This document shows, piece after piece, positions 29,190-38,596 of a stretch of DNA of 64,000 nucleotides (positions within the stretch are counted from its first letter, which is position 1; each line of letters opens with the position of its first letter). The stretch covers positions 6,378 through 70,377 of the forward strand of contig JBEGIR010000018.1 in NCBI GenBank assembly GCA_040224245.1. The letters run 5' to 3'. Origin of the DNA: Puniceicoccaceae bacterium (GTDB lineage: Bacteria > Verrucomicrobiota > Verrucomicrobiia > Opitutales > JAFGAQ01). The notes under the pieces are model-generated. The model was not told the DNA's origin. It ran no database searches and saw only the letters and a program-made list of their open reading frames with translations. Made by a program: the position numbers and the translations under genes.

Positions 29190-29328
29190 TCCCAAAGTGA
29201 TCCCAGGCGGTATTCGCAAAACGAAGCCCTCGTCAGATGATCGGAATTTTGGAAGGATGCGCTTGCACGCAACCTTTCTTCTCCAGTAGCGTCTCCGCTT
29301 TGCATGTATCACCCAGGCCCACTCCACT

Positions 29329-30549
29329 ATGCCATCACATCCCATCGTTCAGCTAAATCGATTTGAGTTTCGACGCATTCGGGCGGGACATCCCTGGGTG
29401 TATGAACGCTCCATTGCTTCCATTCCGGATGAACTGCAAGACGGCACACTGGTATCGGTGCAAGGCCCGAGGCAGGAGCAACTCGGCACTGCCATCTACA
29501 ATGCTTCATCCAAGATTCGTCTCCGCATCGTGGATCCTCGGATCGACATTGCGCTCGATTCTGCATTTTTTGCAGAGCGCCTTTCACGTGCGCTCGAATA
29601 CCGCAGGCAACTATTACCACGCCGCACGTGCTTTCGACTCATCAGTGCAGAAAGCGACGGACTCAGCGGTCTGATTATCGACTGCTATGAGGCCGCAACC
29701 CTTTTCCAGATCACTTCCGTCGGAATTGAACGCCACAAGGACGCACTGATCTCCGCCATTCACGACGTGCTCAAACCTGCCATTCTGATCGAGCGAAACG
29801 ATGTTCCCAATCGAAAGTGGGAGGGGTTGACCCAGATTCGAAAGATTCATTGTGACGGCGGGAGCAGCGAAGCCGAGCTGCGCGATTACCCCATACAGCT
29901 TGAGGGAACGCGATATCAGCTCAACCTGATCGAAGGAAACAAAACGGGGCTGTATCTTGATCAGATTGACAACCATCAGCGACTGCGCGCCTTGCTTGCC
30001 GCCTACCCGGCTCCGCGCGTGCTTGACTGCTTTTCCTACATCGGTGGATTTTCACTCGCTGCGGCAATGGCAGATCCACAGGCGAAGGTCATCGGCATCG
30101 ATCAAAGCGCAGAATGCATTGACAAGGCACGGCACAATGCCGCGCTCAATGAGGTGGAATCCCAAACCGAGTTCATTCAGTCCAATGTTTTTGAATGGTT
30201 GCGCACCCAGTCCGAGTCTGACTCTGCCCTCGGCTCATTTGATTGCATCATTCTCGACCCACCCTCCTTTACCAAAAACCGGCACACCATCGACGGAGCC
30301 ATTCGTGGGTACAAGGAATTGCATGTGCGGGCGTTGAAGCTGCTTCGCAGCGGAGGATTGCTGCTCACCTACAGCTGTTCGCATCACATCAGCGAAGACC
30401 TTCTGCGAAGCATCGCCTTTGAAGCTGCGCTCGATACGCATACTCATCTTGTTGAGCTGGAGTCACAACGCCAGTCCCTCGACCACCCTGTCGTTCCACA
30501 CATACCTGAATCTTATTATTTGAAAGGATTCGTGTATCGCAAACAATAG
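29329..30549 (+). CDS. rlmI: Class I SAM-dependent 23S rRNA (cytosine-C5) methyltransferase, RlmI-like
   Basis: PUA-like N-terminus (RIRAGHPWVY), SAM-binding region LDCFSYIGGFSL, and IILDPPSF. Confidence 0.8.
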   Translation: MPSHPIVQLNRFEFRRIRAGHPWVYERSIASIPDELQDGTLVSVQGPRQEQLGTAIYNASSKIRLRIVDPRIDIALDSAFFAERLSRALEYRRQLLPRRTCFRLISAESDGLSGLIIDCYEAATLFQITSVGIERHKDALISAIHDVLKPAILIERNDVPNRKWEGLTQIRKIHCDGGSSEAELRDYPIQLEGTRYQLNLIEGNKTGLYLDQIDNHQRLRALLAAYPAPRVLDCFSYIGGFSLAAAMADPQAKVIGIDQSAECIDKARHNAALNEVESQTEFIQSNVFEWLRTQSESDSALGSFDCIILDPPSFTKNRHTIDGAIRGYKELHVRALKLLRSGGLLLTYSCSHHISEDLLRSIAFEAALDTHTHLVELESQRQSLDHPVVPHIPESYYLKGFVYRKQ

Positions 30550-30558
30550 CACATACCG

Positions 30559-31794
30559 ATGTCTCTGAAACCCATTTTCCGAACCATTCATGGCTGGAAC
30601 GTCCTGTTCCAACCCAAACCGTCAGCCCAAACCGTCAACATTCGGGCCGTTGTTCACGCAGGCAGCGCGCATGAATCGGATCCACGTCACTACGGAGTCG
30701 CCCATTTTCTGGAACACATGTTCTTTAAAGGAACCCACCAGCGCAGCTACTCCGAAATCAACCGCCAATTTGCCCAACTTGGCGATGTCAATGCCTACAC
30801 GACGCTGGAGCGCACGGTCTTCTACCTCACGACATTGCCCGAAAAAATCGATACGGCACTCGAACTGTTTCTGGAACTCTTTTTTGATGCCAAAATGCCA
30901 CCAGAGGAATTCGAAAAAGAACGGGGCGTCATTCTGGAGGAATTCCAATCTTCCGAAGACAATCCGATCTCATGGGGAGTGAAGAAAATCAACTGGGACA
31001 CGTGGGGGGACAGTTTGCATCCAACGATCGGAACCCGGGAATCAATTGAGTCCATGCAAATCGACGATCTCGTCGCATTCAAACAGCGCTACTACCACCC
31101 AGCCCGCACCCTGTTTGTCATTACGGGCGACGTCGATCCTTCGCTGCTGTGGTCTTCACTGGAAACCCACATCCGTCCTGCAAACGTGCAAGTCGCGGAT
31201 GAGAAGCTCTACCAACCTTCCGTGCACTTCCAGACTCAACCTTTCCAGCTTGAGAATCCCAACTCCAAACAATCCCTGCTGTTCATGGTATTTCCTACTG
31301 TGAACGAAGCGACATGTCGCTCCCTGCGGTTCCTGCCCGAGCTGGTTGTGAACCTCATTGGTGGAGGCATGCATTCCATTCTCTTTGAATCCATCCGCGA
31401 GCGCCTGGGACTTTGTTATGCAGTGGGCATGCAATACATGACTCCCTGTTCTGAAGGATACCACTCCGTCTACGCATTGCTCGATGCAGCCAACGTCAAG
31501 ACTGCCTACCATGCGGTGCTGGAGGAGTTTTCGAAGTTGGAAAACGGCATCGATCCGGAGCTTTTCGAAACCGCCAAATCCAACCTCCTGTTTGGGCGTT
31601 CGCGGTCTGCCGAAACCGCATCCGGTGTAGGTGCCCAAGCCGACGGGTATTTTGAGAATGGCAACCAGTTGATCGCATTCGATGAATATCGCGCAGGTAT
31701 TCAGTCGTGCACGATTTCCGAAGTTCAGCAATTCATCAGAACCTACCTGACCCAACCCAAAACCGCAGTTGTGAATGCTCAACTCCCCGTGTGA
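30559..31794 (+). CDS. M16-family (pitrilysin/insulinase) zinc peptidase
   Basis: Inverted zinc motif HFLEHMFFKGT (HxxEH) near the N-terminus. 411 aa. Confidence 0.85.
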   Translation: MSLKPIFRTIHGWNVLFQPKPSAQTVNIRAVVHAGSAHESDPRHYGVAHFLEHMFFKGTHQRSYSEINRQFAQLGDVNAYTTLERTVFYLTTLPEKIDTALELFLELFFDAKMPPEEFEKERGVILEEFQSSEDNPISWGVKKINWDTWGDSLHPTIGTRESIESMQIDDLVAFKQRYYHPARTLFVITGDVDPSLLWSSLETHIRPANVQVADEKLYQPSVHFQTQPFQLENPNSKQSLLFMVFPTVNEATCRSLRFLPELVVNLIGGGMHSILFESIRERLGLCYAVGMQYMTPCSEGYHSVYALLDAANVKTAYHAVLEEFSKLENGIDPELFETAKSNLLFGRSRSAETASGVGAQADGYFENGNQLIAFDEYRAGIQSCTISEVQQFIRTYLTQPKTAVVNAQLPV

Positions 31795-33770
31795 GGCGTT
31801 CTGTTTCGACGTCGTTCCACCCCCTCCTTGACTAACGTTTCAGAGGAAAACACAAGGGACTCAAGGTAGCTGCACAACTCATCGATTTGAAAAGCGGTAA
31901 CCCAACGTCTTACGCGTTGTTCAAATCGGGTTTCCTGGGCGTGGTCGTCGACCCACGAGCGCAACCTGCGGTCAAACTCCCGCATGTCTCCCATCTGTGC
32001 TGCCCGAAGCATCTGGAGCAGCGTTTCGTGGTCCGGTTTTTCATCAGAAACCGCATCGGGCAGCTGTTGCTCTGCAACAGCGGGACTGGATGTTGATTCC
32101 TCTGCGCCGATTCGCTCAAACACATCGGCACAGGCTTCGGCCAGCGCTTGCTTGAGCTTGCCAAACTCGATGGGAATCTCCACTGGAATCACAAGCATGT
32201 CCTTCTGTTGAAGGCACTTCAGCATGGTTTCACAAGCGCCCTCATTGCAATCCAGATACAACAACACGGTCACTCGACCTGTTGCCATGCCCGCCCATTT
32301 CATGAGTTCCTTCGCATTATCGCTCATCAGTTCTTCAGCTGAAGCTCCAACAAACCAGTTCTCATGCCGACTCGGTTCGATCTCAAACAAAGAGGTTTCG
32401 ATCCCATAGTTCGATGAGGGCGACAATGCGATGCTCTCCCAGAAACTCTTCAACACCCCGCGGTCCAATTCATCGCGAAATGCTCGAATAAAGCCGACGT
32501 CCCGATCCTTCCTGATGCAGAGGTGCCGCACATCTTCCTCCGTTGTGGCTTGCATAACTTTTGGGTCATCAATCGGACGGCAGGGAAGATCCAGCAGAAA
32601 CCGACTGCCTTTGCCTTGCTCACTCGTCACTGTCAACCGTCCCCCCATCGCCTCCGCAAGCTTTCGACTGATCGACAACCCCAGTCCCGTTCCTCCTTTG
32701 TGTCCGGAAAACGCTTCTGTCTGATAAAATTCCTCAAACACCTGATGCAAATGATGTCGCTCGATACCAGGTCCCGTATCTTCAACCATCAGGTGCAGCC
32801 GGGATGCGGCTTGCTTCTCCGTTGCAGACGAATTTGCCCGGACTTCGACCCAAAGCGTAACCATTCCCTGGTCTGTAAATTTGACGGCGTTGCTGATCAG
32901 ATTCATCAGCACCTGCCGGATCAGTTTGCCATCTCCCAAAATCCACTGCAAATGCGCCGAGCTGTTACCAAATTTCACATGAAGCACCAATCCCTTGGCA
33001 TCCGCCCTGGCCTGAAAGACCTCGATCACCTCATTCACCAAATTGGGAAGGTGCAAGGTCTCCTCAATGACCTCAACCCTGCCCGCTTCAATTTTTGACA
33101 GGTCGAGCACATCGTTGATGATGGAAAGCAAATGCTGTCCACAACGCTCGATTGTCTCTGCGGCTCGACGACAATCCAGAGGCAGAGATTCATTACCTGA
33201 AAGGATCTGCGCATAGCCCAGCACACCGTTGAGCGGAGTCCGAAACTCATGACTCATGCTTGTCAGGAACACGCTTTTGGCGATATTGGAGCGCTCTGCC
33301 ATCACCGCCAATTCGTTCGCTTTTGAAATCTCATTTTGCAGTGCCCGGTTAAGCGACTCGGCATGCCGTTTTTCATCCTCCAGCTGCAGTTCGTACGATT
33401 TCCGTTCCGTTATATCGCGAATGACGACCAAGCGCTCACCGGTGCTGCGGTTCGGGTACATCACGACTTCCATGGCGATGCGCCCACGCGATCCCGCATC
33501 ACAGAATCCGTCCGTTTTCAACATGCCCGACTCTGCATACTCCCGATCCAGCGCCGAATCCCAGACGGATCGACCCTCGATCTGGATCAGTTCTGACCAC
33601 TGCACACCCTGCAATGCCCCGTCTTGCTGACAATCAAACAACACATGCGCAGCATGGCTCGCCCAGGTGATGATGCCTTCCTGATCCAATACGAGAAGGG
33701 AAGTTCCATTCAGCGCAAGTGCGTGGAACAGTGTGTCCGGCTCGATGCTTCCGGGAATTGATGCTTCCAT
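31779..33770 (-). CDS. PAS-domain sensor histidine kinase with ~260-aa non-canonical C-terminal region
   Basis: PAS region (GIITWASHAAHVLF...VVIRDITERK), H-box SHEFRTPLNGVLGY, N-box LISNAVKFT, and DTGPGI and GTGLGLSISRKL boxes. The C-terminal part lacks clear receiver or HPt motifs. The 3' end overlaps the M16 gene by 16 nt (convergent). Confidence 0.88.
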   Translation of the reverse strand: MEASIPGSIEPDTLFHALALNGTSLLVLDQEGIITWASHAAHVLFDCQQDGALQGVQWSELIQIEGRSVWDSALDREYAESGMLKTDGFCDAGSRGRIAMEVVMYPNRSTGERLVVIRDITERKSYELQLEDEKRHAESLNRALQNEISKANELAVMAERSNIAKSVFLTSMSHEFRTPLNGVLGYAQILSGNESLPLDCRRAAETIERCGQHLLSIINDVLDLSKIEAGRVEVIEETLHLPNLVNEVIEVFQARADAKGLVLHVKFGNSSAHLQWILGDGKLIRQVLMNLISNAVKFTDQGMVTLWVEVRANSSATEKQAASRLHLMVEDTGPGIERHHLHQVFEEFYQTEAFSGHKGGTGLGLSISRKLAEAMGGRLTVTSEQGKGSRFLLDLPCRPIDDPKVMQATTEEDVRHLCIRKDRDVGFIRAFRDELDRGVLKSFWESIALSPSSNYGIETSLFEIEPSRHENWFVGASAEELMSDNAKELMKWAGMATGRVTVLLYLDCNEGACETMLKCLQQKDMLVIPVEIPIEFGKLKQALAEACADVFERIGAEESTSSPAVAEQQLPDAVSDEKPDHETLLQMLRAAQMGDMREFDRRLRSWVDDHAQETRFEQRVRRWVTAFQIDELCSYLESLVFSSETLVKEGVERRRNRTPHTGS

Positions 33771-33869
33771 ATTCGCAGATTCAGGACTAGGGTTTGGCAG
33801 ACAGGGTCAGCTTGCTACATTCATCGGCAGCTTTCTCCGAAAATTAACCCTATCTCCGGACTCCCATTC

Positions 33870-34220
33870 ATGAAGTCAGTGGACCTGATTGAAGAAATTC
33901 GAGAATTCTGCAACGAAAGGGATTGGCGACAGTTCCACAATCCCAAGGATCTCGCCATCGCACTCTCCATCGAAAGTGCCGAACTCCTTGAACTTTTCCT
34001 TTGGAAGGACGCGAAGGAAACCCAATCGGTCTGCACCCAAAAAAGGGATGCCATCGAAGCAGAAGTTGCTGACATTGCCATCTATCTGCTCGATCTGGTC
34101 GACGTGATGGGACTCGATCTTGAAACCATCATCCGGCGCAAACTTGAGCACAACCGGAAAAAATACCCTGTATCCCTTTCCAAAGGAAAAAACCTGAAAT
34201 ACGACGAGCTTGAGAGCTGA
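33870..34220 (+). CDS. MazG-like all-alpha nucleotide pyrophosphohydrolase
   Basis: 116 aa: FCNERDWRQFHNPKDLAIALSIESAELLELFLWK...EVADIAIYLLDL, typical of the small MazG/YpjD family. Confidence 0.85.
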   Translation: MKSVDLIEEIREFCNERDWRQFHNPKDLAIALSIESAELLELFLWKDAKETQSVCTQKRDAIEAEVADIAIYLLDLVDVMGLDLETIIRRKLEHNRKKYPVSLSKGKNLKYDELES

Positions 34221-34237
34221 CGTAGTTCAGGTTTTTT
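34187..34237 (+). terminator. Putative terminator hairpin overlapping the MazG-like 3' end
   Basis: AAAAAACCTGAA (34187-34198) pairs with TTCAGGTTTTTT (34226-34237). The 27-nt interior has ACG/CGT and AGCT/AGCT pairs, and the 3' arm ends in T6. Confidence 0.4.
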
Positions 34238-34244
34238 GGATTGG

Positions 34245-34430
34245 AAAAAGCGGGGTCTCCGAGATGCCGTCGTTAGGTTCTTAACCCGGTCCTCACTAGG
34301 TGGGGCTTTCTTCTCCGTTCGCAATTATCCGGTTTACGGCTCAACATTGAACAGAGAAGGGCCAGCCCCGGGTATTCATAACATAGGAAAAGAAACCTGT
34401 GTAATCCGAACACCTCAGGGACCCCAAAAA
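34245..34430 (-). ncRNA. ssrS: 6S RNA-like small RNA immediately downstream of rpoC
   Basis: The minus strand reads GGGGUCCCUGAGGUGUUCGGAUUACACAGG...GGGGCUGGCCCUUCUCUGUUC...GAACGGAGAAGAAAGCCCC...GGGUUAAGAACCUAACGACGGCAUCUCGGAGACCCCGCUUUUU, about 180 nt. The ends form a long closing stem and nearly match the conserved ends of E. coli 6S RNA as I remember them (CUCUGAGAUGUUCG / CGGCAUCUCGGAGAU). There is an apical helix with unpaired flanks. The exact ends are uncertain. Confidence 0.7.
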
Positions 34431-34450
34431 AAGAACGTGAGAGTCGTCGA

Positions 34451-37400
34451 TCAGATTGCGTGCTCCGAGTCGATGTCACGGAAATCCTCTCCCAGTTCGG
34501 CACCCAGCGTATCGATCTTGAGATGACGATACTGCGGAAGTCCGGTTCCGGCAGGGATCAGGTTCCCCATGATGACATTCTCCTTGAAGCCCTTGAGTCG
34601 ATCGATCTTACCCAACGTCGAGGCATCGGTGAGCACCCGTGTTGTTTCCTGGAAGGAAGCGGCCGAGATGAAACTTTCGGTCTCAATCGAAGCCTTGGTG
34701 ATTCCGAGCAGCAACGGTTCAGCTTCGGCGGGTTTACCCCCCGCTTCCACAATGGCCTCATTGATGTCCATGAACTCATAGCGGTCCACTTGCTCACCCC
34801 AGAAGTATTCCGAATCACCCGGATCGGTGATGCGAACCTTGCAGAGCATGCGTGAGAGGATGGTTTCGATGTGCTTGTCGTTGATCGAAACCCCCTGCAA
34901 GCGGTAAACCTTCTGAATTTCCGACAAGAGGTATTCCTGAACTGCGTTGGGTCCGAGAATCTCCAGAATTTCGTGCGGATCTGCGGCACCTTCGGTCAAG
35001 TGCTGACCACGAGTCACCAAGTCTCCCGGCTGCACAATCATGTGCTTACCGTGAGGGATGAGGTGTTCCTCACGCTCATTGGTGTCCGAATCCTCAACGA
35101 TGAGGCGACGCTTTCCGCGCACGGTTCCCTCGAGCGATACAATGCCATCGATCTTGGCCATTTCAGCGGCTTCTTTCGGACGACGTCCTTCAAAAAGCTC
35201 CGCAACTCGCGGAAGTCCACCCGTGATGTCCTGTGTCTTCGAAGCTTGCCGTGGAGTTTTCGCCAGCAGAGCACCCAGCTCGATGATGTCGCCTTCGTTC
35301 ACGGCAACCTGAGCACCGGTCGGGATGCTGTAGGTTGCCACAAGGGTACCCTTATCGTCGCGGATTTGCACCTGCGGATTCAAGTCTTCCTTGTGCTCCG
35401 TCACCGTCGTTGCGATGCGACCCGTGGACTCGTCAATATCCCGTTTAACGGTTACTCCCGGAATCATGTCGTGGAAGGAAATGATCCCTTCCTTTTCCGA
35501 AATAATCGGGATGTTGTGGGGATCCCAAACAGCGAGGCGCTCTCCTTCCTTGATCATGTCGCCATCATCAAATCGGATCACAGATCCCACAACGATCTTG
35601 TAGTTCTCAAGTTCATTGTCGTTTTCATCGAGGATCACCACCGAACCCGTCTTGTTGGTCACAATGCGGGCACCGTCCTTGATTTTCACCGAACGCAAGT
35701 CTTTGGAGAAGCGAACCTTACCTGCATAACGCACCCGAATTTCCGGGTTTTTGAGTACCTGACTCGCGATTCCTCCGATGTGGAAAGTACGCATGGTCAG
35801 CTGAGTTCCGGGTTCACCGATCGACTGCGCGGCAACAATACCGATCGCACTTCCGATCTCGACAAGTTCGTTCGTAGCCGGGTCAATTCCGTATTCCTTT
35901 GCCGTAATGCCATTGCGACGACGAGAGGTCAGCGGAGACATCACTTTGACGCGATCCACGCCCATGGCTTCAATGCGTTTTGCAGCGAGTTCATCCACCA
36001 TCTCCCCAGCAGCCACGATGACTTCAGAGGGATCCAACGGGTTGCGAATGTCTTCACAGACAAAGCGACCAACGATGCGATCCGAGAGGCTCACGACCTC
36101 ATCATCCCCGTCCATGATGGCTTCCTTCCAGACTCCATTGCGGTTTCCATCATCGATCTCGGAGATCACCACATCCATGGCCACGTCACAAAGCTTACGC
36201 GTCAGGTATCCCGCATCCGCCGTCTTCAGTGCGGTATCGGCCAATCCCTTTCGAGCACCGTGAGTGGAGATGAAGTATTCCAAAACTGAAAGCCCTTCAC
36301 GGAAAGAAGCAATAATCGGACGCTCAATGATTTCGCCCGACGGTTTGGCCATCAGTCCGCGAATACCACACAACTGGCGAACCTGCTGACGGTTACCGCG
36401 TGCACCCGAGTCCATCATGATATAGACCGGATTGATCTCGTCGCGTCCCTTGTTTTCCTGCAGGTTACGGAATACCTCCTTGGCAATCTCGTCGGTCGCC
36501 TTGGTCCAGGCTTCCACAATCTTGTTGTAGCGTTCGCCTGGGGTGATGACACCCATGCGATACTGATTGTCTACCTCGTCAATGCGCTTGCGAGCGGACT
36601 GCACAATCGCCGGCTTGGAATCAGGGATAATCATATCGTCGATTCCAATGGAAATCCCCGCCTTGGTTGCCATGCGGAAACCCATTTCCTTGAGTTCGTC
36701 GAGCACCACAATGGTGCGCTCGGTTCCCACGGCACGATAGGTTTCCAGAATCAGGTCACCCAGTTTGCCCTTGGCAACCGGGAAATTCACATAGCCGATT
36801 TCTTCCGGCCAAATGGTGTTGAACATCACACGTCCCACAGTCGTGCGCAGAACCTTGCGCTCACTGTTTCCAAAAGCCGTGTTTTCGTTCCCATAGTCCG
36901 GATTGCGAATTTCAATCCAGTCGTGCTTCTTCAACACTCCATCCGCCTCTGCGAGCATGACTTCCTCAATCGATCCCAGCAATGGAATGTGACGTCCGGG
37001 TTCCGGCTTCTGCTGAGGCTCAAAGGTAAGATAGTAGGATGCCAATACGATGTCCTGAGACGGGGTCAGAATCGGTTTTCCACTCGAGGGCGAGAAGATG
37101 TTGCTCGTCGCCATCATCAGCAGTTTTGCCTCCATGACCGCCTCAAGGGAGAGCGGTACGTGTACCGCCATCTGGTCACCGTCAAAGTCCGCGTTGTATG
37201 GAGTACAGACCAACGGGTGAACGCGGATCGCATTTCCTTCAATCAAGACGGGTTCAAACGCCTGGATGGAGAGTCGGTGCAATGTTGGGGCGCGATTCAG
37301 CAGAACCGGGTGTCCCTTCGTCACTTCTTCGAGGATGTCCCACACTTCCGGTGAACGTTTTTCAATCATCTTGCGCGCACCCCGAACCGTGTGAACAAAA

Positions 37401-38566
37401 CCCAGTTCCTTCAGGCGACGGATGATGAACGGTTCAAACAGTACCAGCGCCATCTTTTTGGGAAGTCCGCACTGGTTCAGCTTGAGGTCCGGACCGATGA
37501 CGATCACGGAACGACCCGAATAGTCCACACGCTTTCCGAGCAGATTCTGACGGAAGCGTCCCTGCTTGCCCTTCAGCATGTCACTGAGCGACTTCAGCGG
37601 GCGATTACCGGCACCGGTAATGGCACGGCCATGACGGCCATTGTCGAAGAGTGCATCCACCGACTCCTGAAGCATGCGCTTCTCATTGTGAATGATCACA
37701 TCCGGAGTTTTCAGCTGCAGCAGGTTCTTCAACCGGTTGTTACGGTTGATCACACGACGGTAAAGGTCATTCAGGTCGGAAGTTGCAAAACGGCCTCCTT
37801 CCAGTGGAACCAACGGACGCAGATCCGGTGGGATCACCGGAAGCACTTCGAGCACCATCCATTCCGGGCGTGAACCCGATGTCATGAAGCCCTGAATCAC
37901 TTTCAGACGCTTAGCGACCTTCTTCTTGATCTGTTTGGAACGCGTGGCGTGCATCTGCTCGTGCAATTCCTCAACCATGGATTCAAGGTCCAGACTCGCA
38001 AGCACATCGCGGATCGCTTCAGCCCCCATCTTTGCGGTGAAGGCATCGTATCCGTATTCGTCCTGTGCCTGCAGGAACTCCTGCTCGGTCAGCAACTGCT
38101 TGGCCTCCAGCGGAGTCTTGCCCGGATCGGTGACCATGTAATTCTCGTAATAGATCACCCGCTCGAGATTACGCGCTGTCACATCCAGCATCAAGCCGAT
38201 GCGGCTGGGCATGCTTTTCAGGAACCAGATGTGGGTAACCGGTACTGCAAGTTCGATATGACCCATGCGTTCCCGACGAACCCGTGCCACCGTACACTCA
38301 ATGCCGGTGCGCTCATCAATCATGCCCTTGTATTTGATCCCCTTGTACTTGCCGGCCTCGTAGTCGCGAACAGGTCCGAAGATGCGTTCGCAGAACAGTC
38401 CACCCGGTTCGGGCTTGAACGTGCGGTAGTTGATTGTTTCCGGGTTCTTGACTTCCCCACGCGACCACTCACGGATCGTGTCCGGAGAGGCGATCGAAAT
38501 TGCAACGCTTTTGAGCGAACGGTCCTTTTCCAAACCGAGAGTTTCAGTTAATTCTTGGGTGCTCAT
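34451..38566 (-). CDS. rpoC: DNA-directed RNA polymerase subunit beta'
   Basis: 1371 aa with the catalytic motif [16 protein letters not shown]. Directly follows rpoB. Confidence 0.98.
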   Translation of the reverse strand: MSTQELTETLGLEKDRSLKSVAISIASPDTIREWSRGEVKNPETINYRTFKPEPGGLFCERIFGPVRDYEAGKYKGIKYKGMIDERTGIECTVARVRRERMGHIELAVPVTHIWFLKSMPSRIGLMLDVTARNLERVIYYENYMVTDPGKTPLEAKQLLTEQEFLQAQDEYGYDAFTAKMGAEAIRDVLASLDLESMVEELHEQMHATRSKQIKKKVAKRLKVIQGFMTSGSRPEWMVLEVLPVIPPDLRPLVPLEGGRFATSDLNDLYRRVINRNNRLKNLLQLKTPDVIIHNEKRMLQESVDALFDNGRHGRAITGAGNRPLKSLSDMLKGKQGRFRQNLLGKRVDYSGRSVIVIGPDLKLNQCGLPKKMALVLFEPFIIRRLKELGFVHTVRGARKMIEKRSPEVWDILEEVTKGHPVLLNRAPTLHRLSIQAFEPVLIEGNAIRVHPLVCTPYNADFDGDQMAVHVPLSLEAVMEAKLLMMATSNIFSPSSGKPILTPSQDIVLASYYLTFEPQQKPEPGRHIPLLGSIEEVMLAEADGVLKKHDWIEIRNPDYGNENTAFGNSERKVLRTTVGRVMFNTIWPEEIGYVNFPVAKGKLGDLILETYRAVGTERTIVVLDELKEMGFRMATKAGISIGIDDMIIPDSKPAIVQSARKRIDEVDNQYRMGVITPGERYNKIVEAWTKATDEIAKEVFRNLQENKGRDEINPVYIMMDSGARGNRQQVRQLCGIRGLMAKPSGEIIERPIIASFREGLSVLEYFISTHGARKGLADTALKTADAGYLTRKLCDVAMDVVISEIDDGNRNGVWKEAIMDGDDEVVSLSDRIVGRFVCEDIRNPLDPSEVIVAAGEMVDELAAKRIEAMGVDRVKVMSPLTSRRRNGITAKEYGIDPATNELVEIGSAIGIVAAQSIGEPGTQLTMRTFHIGGIASQVLKNPEIRVRYAGKVRFSKDLRSVKIKDGARIVTNKTGSVVILDENDNELENYKIVVGSVIRFDDGDMIKEGERLAVWDPHNIPIISEKEGIISFHDMIPGVTVKRDIDESTGRIATTVTEHKEDLNPQVQIRDDKGTLVATYSIPTGAQVAVNEGDIIELGALLAKTPRQASKTQDITGGLPRVAELFEGRRPKEAAEMAKIDGIVSLEGTVRGKRRLIVEDSDTNEREEHLIPHGKHMIVQPGDLVTRGQHLTEGAADPHEILEILGPNAVQEYLLSEIQKVYRLQGVSINDKHIETILSRMLCKVRITDPGDSEYFWGEQVDRYEFMDINEAIVEAGGKPAEAEPLLLGITKASIETESFISAASFQETTRVLTDASTLGKIDRLKGFKENVIMGNLIPAGTGLPQYRHLKIDTLGAELGEDFRDIDSEHAI

Positions 38567-38596
38567 ACTTTAAATCTTTCGTTTCGGTTGGGTGAA

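Noticed and set aside
34386-34419. Hairpin CCUGAGG...CACAGG plus a U-rich run, first read as the rpoC terminator.
   Set aside because: It lies inside the 6S-like RNA (5' arm region). The better explanation is that the whole ~180-nt structure, ending in its own closing stem plus U5 at 34245-34249, terminates the transcript.
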